Source: Cyanobacteria bacterium J06626_4
GTDB lineage: Bacteria; Cyanobacteriota; Cyanobacteriia; Phormidesmidales; Phormidesmidaceae
Assembly (NCBI GenBank): GCA_038523235.1
Contig: JBCBJQ010000031.1
Coordinates: forward strand, 1-53,255
DNA: 53,255 nucleotides
Reading direction: 5' to 3'
Shown in pieces: positions 11,201-19,800 of the stretch. Each line of letters opens with the position of its first letter. The stretch's first letter is position 1. The translations under genes were made by a program, and so were the position numbers. The notes under the pieces are model-generated. The model was not told the DNA's origin and made no database searches. It saw nothing but the letters and a program-made list of their open reading frames with translations.

Positions 11201-13704
11201 CCATCTGAGAAAAAAGCAATACTTTGGCCCTGATCGCCCTGGCACGTTGAGAGCATCGTATGGCGCACATCCAGCGCCTGGGCCAAATGTTCGACCAACA
11301 CCTCAAAAAAATGGTCACCGGTCGCGGCAGCGGTGCCCTGCACCATGTTGTAAAGGGCGGCCTCAGTTTTTTGGCGATTGGCTTCGAGTTGCATGCGCTC
11401 ACTGATGTCGCGCACCATCACTAAGACTTCGTCTTGGCCAGAAACGGTAATTCTCGCCTCTTCGTAGAAGCTGTCGCCCTCATATTCAAAGGTATATTCG
11501 TAAACTTGGGTTTGATTGGTGGCTAGCGCTCGCTCTACATACCCCATGCGATGGTGAGCAAACTCTGTCGGCATGACGTCATAAATTGATCGCCCCTTCA
11601 TGTTTTCAAAGGGCTGTACCACCTTGAAGTCGCGCGGGGGCAAAAAGTCGAGATAGGTGCCATCGGGTTGCATCCGAATCATCAGATCCGGAATCGTGTC
11701 TAGCAGGGCTCGGTTGGTAGCTTCGCTTTTCTTTAAGGCATTTTCGGCCTGGCGGCTTTCGGTCACGTCAATGCCGGTGCCCACGAGATACTCCACCTGA
11801 CCGTCAGCATCTAACAGCACCGAATTGCTCCAGGCAATCAGCCGACGTTCACCCGTTTTGGTCAGCCAGTGGTTTTCACTGATGTCATCCACATTCCTGG
11901 TGGAGCTACTGTTCATGATTTGCCAGACGGATTCCACTTCTTCTGGCGGTACCAGAAAGTCGCACACGTGGCGACCCTGCACCTCTTCTAGGCGGTACCC
12001 GGTAAGCCGCTGACAAGTGTTGTTAAATTGCACAATGCAACCGGTGGGGTCAGAAACCACGACTAAGGCTCCCGCCGCATTCACGATGGCCTTAGCAAAG
12101 TTACGTTCTTGCTGCAAACGCCGGTCTGCCTGGCGGCGCTCGCGAATTTCGTCTTGGGCTTGCTGGTAGAGCTGATTTTGCTGAATGGCGATCGCCAACT
12201 GAATGCTGAGGCGATCAATCAGATCCAGGTTAGGCCGCTGCCAGTCCAACACTTCAGCACAGTGATGAGCGGCCAATATACCCCAGAGCTGCTCGTTAAT
12301 GATAATCGGAACGATCAGATAGCCCTTCACCTGCATCGATTCTAAAAACTCGATATGGCAGGGCTGTAGGCCCGCTTGATAAATATCGTTGACGATGCGC
12401 TGGGCACCGTCTAAATATTCACCCTCGAGCCATTTAGGAAAGCAGGTGTCTTGATAAAAGCTGCCCAAGATTTCGGGCCATCCGGGTTCAATCGCTTCCG
12501 CGATGACGGTACCCGCCAGGTTTTCGCCAAACTGATAAACCACGACGCGATCGCACCGCAAAAATTGCTTCACGGCCTCAACGGCTGAGGTGAGGATGGC
12601 CTGAAAGCTGGCCGACTGACTCACCTGGCGGGCAAAGTTGGCTAAAAACTGCTCGCGATCGGCTTGTGCTCGAATTTCAGTGGTGCGCTGGATTACCTGG
12701 GTTTCTAACGCGGCGTGATGTCCCTTCAGGAGGGCGAGCTTTTCGGCTTCTAAGGCCTGGATGCGCTGTTCTAAAACGGTTAGTGCTTCAGCGGTTTCTT
12801 CGGCTTGAGAGATGCCCAACAAACTGTTCGTTTGAGTGATTAGCCCAACTAGCCAGCCTTCCTGATCCGTAATCACGATGCGACGAATCCGCTTATCTTG
12901 CATCATCTGATAGGCCGTCCACAGCGTATCCCAAGGGCGGAGACAGCAGAGGGGCGTGCTCATCACGGTGTGAGCCTGGAGGTTCGCTAAATTCAGCCCC
13001 AGACATTGCAGCTGCACAATATCGTGTTCGGTGATGATGCCGACCGGTTCACACTGGCCCTGGGCAGCCGGGAGAGTAATGACGATGCAGCCGATGTCAT
13101 GCTCGGCCATCTGACGCGCGATCGCCAGCACTGAGGCCTCGGGAGACGCTTGCTCAATCTGGGTGAGCATCACCTCATTGAGCGGCTGCAGCTGCAGCAG
13201 ATCCATCAAGTGCAAGACTTGCCGTAGACTCTGAGGCGTGACAATGCCTAACAGTGCGCCCTGCTGATCGGTAATCGGCAAGTGACGAATCTGCTGCTGC
13301 TGCATAAATTGCAGCGTGCTGGAGATGCTGGTGAGTTGCTCCACTGACCAGGTGACTACCGGAGCGGTCATCACATCGGCCACGGTCAAGTTTTGCAGCT
13401 CCTCGCCGGCTGCAGCTAGGCGCACTAAATCGCGCTCCGTAAAAATGCCCCGCACCTGATTGGCCTCGACAACCAGCAGGCAATTACTCGACAGGGCGAT
13501 CAACGGTTGTGCTGCCCGCTCTAGCTCCAGATTAACCGCACAGGAGTGCACCTGAACCTGCCTCAGCTGAGCGATCGCCGCCGTTAGCGAAGTCTGGGCA
13601 CTCACTACAATCGGGTTCGGAATGATAGCTTCGGTCAGCGCGGCACTCACAATTGGGCGATCTAAAGTACGAGCAACAGTCGACATGGGCAATATCGTCA
13701 ACAA
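8251..13704 (-). CDS. Multi-sensor histidine kinase: CBS pairs, cyanobacteriochrome-type GAF, multiple PAS, second GAF, HisKA, HATPase
   Basis: CBS motifs (GIFTERDLV, RHLPI, GIITEHDIV); GAF with DRVVVYQF, QDTCF, PCH, LWGILAAHHC; repeated PAS ends (DVTE, DISER, DIRDRK); SHEFRTPL, NLLSNALKYS, DQGIGI, GTGLGL. Confidence 0.93.
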   Translation of the reverse strand: MLTILPMSTVARTLDRPIVSAALTEAIIPNPIVVSAQTSLTAAIAQLRQVQVHSCAVNLELERAAQPLIALSSNCLLVVEANQVRGIFTERDLVRLAAAGEELQNLTVADVMTAPVVTWSVEQLTSISSTLQFMQQQQIRHLPITDQQGALLGIVTPQSLRQVLHLMDLLQLQPLNEVMLTQIEQASPEASVLAIARQMAEHDIGCIVITLPAAQGQCEPVGIITEHDIVQLQCLGLNLANLQAHTVMSTPLCCLRPWDTLWTAYQMMQDKRIRRIVITDQEGWLVGLITQTNSLLGISQAEETAEALTVLEQRIQALEAEKLALLKGHHAALETQVIQRTTEIRAQADREQFLANFARQVSQSASFQAILTSAVEAVKQFLRCDRVVVYQFGENLAGTVIAEAIEPGWPEILGSFYQDTCFPKWLEGEYLDGAQRIVNDIYQAGLQPCHIEFLESMQVKGYLIVPIIINEQLWGILAAHHCAEVLDWQRPNLDLIDRLSIQLAIAIQQNQLYQQAQDEIRERRQADRRLQQERNFAKAIVNAAGALVVVSDPTGCIVQFNNTCQRLTGYRLEEVQGRHVCDFLVPPEEVESVWQIMNSSSTRNVDDISENHWLTKTGERRLIAWSNSVLLDADGQVEYLVGTGIDVTESRQAENALKKSEATNRALLDTIPDLMIRMQPDGTYLDFLPPRDFKVVQPFENMKGRSIYDVMPTEFAHHRMGYVERALATNQTQVYEYTFEYEGDSFYEEARITVSGQDEVLVMVRDISERMQLEANRQKTEAALYNMVQGTAAATGDHFFEVLVEHLAQALDVRHTMLSTCQGDQGQSIAFFSDGQLQPNVSYCLDNLPGQVTLQQGLYSCLSKVTEHFPNELLVNLGVESYFGLALRNMQGQPIGTLCIFGDKPLANPSQVESILKIFGARAAAELERQQTMDKLRELNQELEARVVTRTSELQDSNRALVESRNDLRRSKELLRLTIDNAPIGIVTMSLEGQIISVNQAFCTMLGCLPAELMGQHFEDLTYPDDRPTQLPITSSLTIEGETTPELERRFRHRDGSAVDVIVRAGTVRNFAGEPLHVVVDVEDIRDRKQAEAERTRLLGILEASLNEIFIFDAETLKFSYANHGALSNLGYTFEQMQQMTPVDLKPDFTAATFAALVAPLREGEVDKVDFETVHRRADGSHYSVEVHLQLIQRENERVFLAVIVDTTDSKQAREQINRQLLAMETAIDGIAIVRGGTYQYLNRAHVKMFGFESAHELLGQNWQTMYSAAEKTRFQQEVFPALRAQGHWQGEAISTRKDGSTFYEELSLTLSAKGDLICVRRDIDERKQAEVALRESKALLQDFFDNANDLIQSVSLVDGHFLFVNQAWSETLGYSEAELEQLTIFDVLAADAVATYQDLFTQLQQAGCSVHTPVEMTLLAKSGAAVQLEGNINVRCEDEIPVATRSIFRNVTERQRAERAMHNQLAAIEAAGDGVAILDHEGRYEFVNTAHCQLFGVAQAELLGQTWHRLYLDEEITRFEEEILPQLMREHQWRGEAIACRKDGSTFAQEVSLTLIEGGGMVCVCQDISDRKQAEIEVHNALQTERELNDLKSRFVSMTSHEFRTPLGIIASSAGIVQDYGARLDDDKKHKHLVRIQDSVVHMTQLLEDVLTLSRAEAGKMQLKLAPTFILDFCEEIIEELSFDNDGARINLHVETALPDVFLADQRILRQILTNLLSNALKYSPAPSEVYLRIAASTQSIDIAVQDQGIGIPADDLKHLFHSFHRATNVGNIPGTGLGLSIVKRLVESHQGEILCDSQVDVGTTFTVRLPLRPST

Positions 13705-14837
13705 AGATAATGAATAGCGATGAGCGGTCAGTGAATCCGTGTACCTGTCTGACGCCAGGCTTTAGGGGATTAAATCTGAGACCGATCAAGAACGTATTGG
13801 AGAATGTTCCATTCTTATGAGGGGGAGCTTTTGTCGGCAGCGACTGGTTGGCTGGCCTGATTTCTGGGGGTAGCAGTGCTGTGCATCGGGGGATGCTCTC
13901 CGTGAGTACACGGGGGTGGGGCTTAACCTCAGCCTACCCATTTGGATATGACCACATACCGTCATCTATCAACCATTTTCGGTGAAAACTTGAGTATTTG
14001 GGGTAAAAGCTTGAGTTATCGCCCTTGAGTCTAGCCAAAGAGGGGCGAGTTGCTCATTATGGCGAGTTACTGCCAATACAGCGCCTGCGCAAAAATACTG
14101 AGCTATGAACGCCATACTACACTGCTCGTCTTTAAGTAATACAGATGATTGAGTGCCTCCTGCTGCTCAATTGCTATCAAAGAGCGACCCTTCAATGAGT
14201 CTAAAGCCTTTGCAGAGCCGCAGCTACCTAGAAAATACCGGCAGCTTGCTATCCGTCCTGATGCAAAATCAAGGCTGGCTGGAGATCATCGGGTGGCATG
14301 GTCGAGGTGCGCAGGAGACGCCTGACCAGTTAGTCCGCTCTATCGATACTTGCTGGCTCAACTGTTGGCAGTGGATGCGTCCCCAACGGCCAGCATCGGT
14401 CAAAAAATCGCCGAAAGGAATATAACGCTGCTAGGCAGGCTTTAAGTATTTTTTTACGATCAGTATTATCGGTACTGAGCAATCCGGGCAATGTCATGAC
14501 AATTCGAGCCCAAGCAAAATAACCCAGGTTTAAACTTGAGCTTTTAAGCTGCGGAGGCGTCTATGGCCCATGTCGACGGATGGGGGGACTGGATCGACAG
14601 TCTTAGCCGACTGCTGCGCTGTGCCCTAGGGTGATGAGTGTTTTGTTCAGCTTTAGCAGAAAGCGACGGGCTCAGTCTGCCAAGCTCACCTCATCGGTTT
14701 TTGAAGGGTGATCGGGGGCAAGCGTTTGTTCTCAAAGCACCGGTTCAAGGGCCCTGCCCAAACGCTCTGTTCAATAGGCTGTTTGATCACATTCGTCCGC
14801 GATCGCGCTTCATAACTCCATTCAGTTTTGCGTGTGT

Positions 14838-15830
14838 ATGAAAATTGCTTTCTTTAGTGCCAAACCCTACGACCAAACTTCGTTTACAGCTGCTAACGCG
14901 TCTTATCAGCATGAACTGACTTTTTTTGAGCCGCGCTTGATGCCCAACACCGCGACTCTGGCCAATGGTTTTCCCGTCGTTTGTGTGTTTATTAACGATG
15001 AGTTGAGTGCGGCGACGCTGCGGGCGATCGCCCACACCGGCACCCAAATTATCGCCCTACGTTGCGCTGGCTTTAACAACATTGATTTGTCCGTCGCGCA
15101 AGCCTTAGGGATGACGGTGGTACGCGTGCCTGCCTATTCGCCCTATGCCGTGGCTGAGCACGCTGTGGGGCTGATTTTAATGCTTAACCGCAAACTCTAT
15201 CGGGCCTACAACCGCATGCGCGAAGACAACTTTGAGCTGAATGGGCTGTTGGGCTTCGACATTTATGGCAAGACCGTTGGCGTGGTGGGCACCGGCAAGA
15301 TTGGGCAGCGGTTTGCCCATATCATGCAGGGGTTTGGAGCTAAATTGCTGGCCTACGACGTACAAGAAAATGCCAGCGTTTTGCAGTTGGGGGCTCAGTA
15401 TGTGGCGTTGTCTGAGCTGTTAGCTCAATCTGATATTGTGTCGCTGCACTGTCCGCTGCTGCCGTCAACGCACCATCTGATCAATGCGGAGTCGCTGCAG
15501 CATCTGAAACCAGGCGCGATGTTGATCAATACCAGTCGCGGCGGCCTGGTCGATACTAAAGCTGTGATCGATGCCTTGAAGCTGGGCCAGCTGGGGTACT
15601 TTGGCACCGACGTTTACGAAGCAGAAGGGGATCTATTCTTTGAAGACCGCTCTGATACCGTCATTCAAGACGATACCTTTCAACTGCTGCAGTCTTTCTC
15701 AAATGTGGTGATTACTGCCCATCAGGCGTTTTTTACCCAAGAGGCTTTGGGCAACATCGCCGACACCACATTGGCTAATGTCACCCAGGTGGCCACTGGT
15801 CAACCCTGCCCCAATGAAATTCAAGCCTGA
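14838..15830 (+). CDS. ldhA: D-lactate dehydrogenase / D-2-hydroxyacid dehydrogenase
   Basis: MKIAFFS start (ATG 14838); LRCAGFNN, VPAYSPYAVAEH, GTGKIG, INTSRG, DVYE, TAHQAFFT. Confidence 0.9.
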   Translation: MKIAFFSAKPYDQTSFTAANASYQHELTFFEPRLMPNTATLANGFPVVCVFINDELSAATLRAIAHTGTQIIALRCAGFNNIDLSVAQALGMTVVRVPAYSPYAVAEHAVGLILMLNRKLYRAYNRMREDNFELNGLLGFDIYGKTVGVVGTGKIGQRFAHIMQGFGAKLLAYDVQENASVLQLGAQYVALSELLAQSDIVSLHCPLLPSTHHLINAESLQHLKPGAMLINTSRGGLVDTKAVIDALKLGQLGYFGTDVYEAEGDLFFEDRSDTVIQDDTFQLLQSFSNVVITAHQAFFTQEALGNIADTTLANVTQVATGQPCPNEIQA

Positions 15831-16853
15831 TCGATCCTTTGTCTGCGCCATCGGCGATCGCCTGTCCAGGCATGGGGTCTAGCCATCATAATGAGCGTGA
15901 CGACGAGCCTTGGTAGATGAGTCGAGGGGGCACTTTGCCAGTTTTGTAAGAATTCTTACCAACATCCTTGAGAGAACCGGGGGGAACCACTGAGATTAAA
16001 GGTTTATTCTACTGATGGAATTTGAGTGGTTTTGACATCACGGATGTCCGGGAGACTACGATATCTTGATGAAGTCTTACAGGATAAGTAATTGTTAGCA
16101 AATGAGTTTGCTGATTTGAAGACAACATCAGTTATTGAACTTTGTGCTCTTAGCTGAGCCCGTTCAAGGGTTGCAGAGATTTACCAACAGAAAGCCTGCT
16201 TGCTTTTTGCCTGAGGTTCTGAAAACTATCACCCTAGTATTAAAAGTGTCTGGCAATTGAAGGCGTTAGAGGTCTTAACACCTAACATTGCGATCAGGCA
16301 GTTTTGATGCTTTGCTACCTTCCTCTGAATCCAGTCTTGCGTCTCTACAGGTTGCTGAAGCAAGTAATGGGGTTAAGCACTTCACTGATAAGTTCGATAG
16401 CTTGACCAAGCTAATTCGATTTTCTGAAGCTTGTTAGATCCAGTTGCTGGGCATGGCAAAAACGATCGCTGTTGGAGCAATGCCCCCCAAAGTAACTGCA
16501 TCAAAAAGGGTTTGCCTCTCCTACCCACCATTTAATAATGCATCTGAAGCACCGCAGATCTGACTTGGTTGGCAATGGCCACAAGTCAGATGGAATCAGG
16601 CATTAATCTACCGTTCAGGCATGGCTCGAAGCTGAAAATTCAAGGTTGACCTTGAAGCTGAGTGCTCTTGCTAATTCGAAATCAATCAGTTCTAACTGTC
16701 GAGATCATGAGCATTTTGCCGCTGATCTCGATCGCTTCTCGCATGCAATGACCCTGTGCGAGCAAGTTTTGTGGTGCTCGATGTCTTGGTGATCCGAGTA
16801 TCAATCGCGCGGCTGAAATAGCTGCCGCTTACTGACGTTATTTCCGGTAGATT

Positions 16854-19800
16854 ATGTTGAACAATGCTGCTTCTAGTTCACCTGTTGTTGCCGGTGAATT
16901 GAAAACCTGGCACAAAATTTCCGTTGACTTCACCTCCCCTGAGGCTTTTGCCGAAACGAAGTCAACCTTTCGCGATTACCGTCTTGATGTCACGTTTACC
17001 AACGCCACTACGGGCGAAGTCATCACCGTTCCGGGCTTCTTTGCGGCCGATGGGGATGCTGCTGATACGGGCGCAACTTCGGGCAATGTGTGGCGGGTGA
17101 ACTTCAACCCTCCCAGTGCGGGTGACTGGACGTACGAAGCGTCATTCCGTACGGGCACTGACATTGCTGCCAGCACTGATCCCAATGCGGGTCAAGCGGT
17201 CGATTTTATTGATGGTGAGGGGGGAACGATCGCGATTTCACCCACCGACAAAACCGGCGAAGACTTTCGCGCCAAGGGCATGCTGCTGCAAGGCGAAGAC
17301 AGCCACTACCTGCAATACCAGGGCGATGGCGATTACTTCATTCGCGGCGGCCCCGGCGTGCCCGAAAACTTCCTGGCCAATCAAGATATCGACAACACAG
17401 CGAAAGGCCGTCACGACTACTCCACCCATGCGGACAGCTACAATGCCGGCGATCCCGACTGGGGCAATGACGAAGGCCACAACCTGATTGGGGCCGTCAA
17501 CTATCTCGCTGAGCAAGGCCAAAATACAATCTACTTGCTGACCAATACGGCCGGCGGCGACGGCCAGGATGTGTGGCCGTGGGCCAGTGAGGCGTTCGGC
17601 GATGTGAAAAAAAATAAAGGTTCCATCGCGGATGCGGCTAATTCCACCAGCGGTCTAACGGTCGATGATTTCTCCGTCTTTGATGTGTCCAAACTGGCCC
17701 AGTGGGAAATCATTTTTGACCACATGGATGACCAGGGCATTTATAAAAATGTGCTGCTGCAAGAAACCGAGAATGATCAGCTGCTCAACGGCGGCACCCC
17801 TGTGGCGGGTTCGAGCCTGAGTGCCGAGCGCCTGATTTACATGCGGGAAATGATTGCCCGCTTTGGCCACGCCAACGGCCTTCAGTGGAACTTGGGAGAG
17901 GAAAACACCAACACCGACCAGCAGCGCGTCGATATGGCCGAGTTTGTCAAAGCGGTCGATGGGTATGACCATCTCACCGTGGTGCATACCTTTCCGGGAG
18001 ACATCGATAAGGTTTACCAACCGCTACTGGGAGTTGAAGCCTTCGACGGACCTTCGTTTCAAACGGGGGGGAACAACATTCGCAACAAGACCCGACAGTA
18101 TCTCGAAGAATCCGCCGAGGCGGGTGACCCCTGGGTTGTAGCTTGGGACGAAGATTCCAGCAATCGCGGCATCTTTAAACCCTACGGCAATAACCCTGAC
18201 GAAGCTAATGAGGTGCTTCAGCGACAAGCGCTCTGGGGTTCTCTGACGGTGGGCGGTTCCGGCGTCAACTGGTACATCAAAAACTCTAATGGTCACTCCT
18301 TTGACCAAAACGTGGATACCTTCGACGCGTTTGAGTCGGTCTGGGAATGGACCGCCGCCGCCACCGAGTTCTTCAATAATCACATTCCCTTTTGGGAAAT
18401 GTCGGAAGCCGATGGCGTTACCCCAGAGAATAGCGACTACGTCATGGCCAAGGCTGGGGAATATTATGTGGCCTATCGTCCCTATGGCGAGGCGACCAAC
18501 GTCGAAATTGACCTGAGTGGCCAAGCAGGCGAAACCTTTGATGTGTACTGGTATGACCCGCGCACTGGCGGTGACCTGATCGCTGCCGGTCAGGTAGAAG
18601 GGGGAGCCGTCCGTCCGGTAGACGATGCCCCTCAGGACACCGATAAAGATTGGGTGCTATTTGTGCGCAACAGTGAGTTGTCGGATGGAGGTAGTCCCGA
18701 TCCGATTCCCGATCCGGTTCCTGACCCTGACCCCACCCCCGACCCTGATCCTGATCCCGATCCAGTGCCCGACCCTGACCCCATGCCTGATCCGAGTGAG
18801 CAGGTCTTTTTGGCGGAAGACGGTCAAGTGGTGATTGAGGCCGAATCGGCCACCCCAGAAGGCGATTGGGAAGCCGTGAACGTAGACGGTGAGCAAGCTT
18901 TGCTGTGGGATGCCGCTAAAAGCAGCTATGGCAAAGTTCCCGATGGCCAAAAGCTCTCCTACACCTTTGAAACGGACGAAGGCGGCAACTACTCGATCGC
19001 GCTGCATTCCGGTCGGGTGAAGGCGGTCATGAATGATAGCGATCGCTATGAAAATGGCAGCAGCGGCAAAGAGCGTACTGATACCGGCAACGATGCTTAC
19101 GTGGCGATCGTCAATGCCGAAACCGGCGAAGTCGTGAAGTCCCCGACCAAACTCTTTACCAACCTTGGCGGGGCGGACGGAGATTTGCGCTGGGGTAAGA
19201 CCTTTGACGCGAATCACAAGAAGTCACCGGCTCAGGTGCAGCTAGACGCCAACACCCAGTATCGACTGGAAATCTCGGGTCGCTCCGATGGGTACGTGCT
19301 TGATCGCATCACCTTAAGCAACGACGGTTTCCTTGAGGACAGCGATCGCTCCGAATCGCCCTTGAAAGGCAGCACACCCGATCCCGATCCGACACCCGAT
19401 CCTGACCCGACACCCGATCCTGACCCGACACCCGATCCTGACCCGACGCCCGATCCTGACCCGACCCCTGATCCTGACCCCACACCCAATGAGGTTTTTG
19501 AAGGATTTGCGCTGGTGAATGCCGCGACGGATGAGGTCGTTGAGGAATTCAGCGATGTGAATGCGATCGATTTTGGTCAGGTCGATTTCACTCAATATGC
19601 CATTAAGGCGATCGTTAAACCCGAATTCAAAAATGCGGTGCAGAGCGTCGTCTTTGAAACCGTAGATGGCAAGCAAGTCGAGAACGTCGAACCCTATGCG
19701 ACTTTTGGCGATATCAACGGGGATTTTGAGGGGATTTCAGTCAGCCCAGGCACATTTGAGCTGAAGGCAACTGCATTTAGCGGCAAGAACGGTACCGGTA

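Noticed and set aside
13800..14830. Short ORFs (14153-14425, 14638-14841) in the kinase-ldhA gap
   Set aside because: No recognisable motif or RBS; probably a divergent promoter region.
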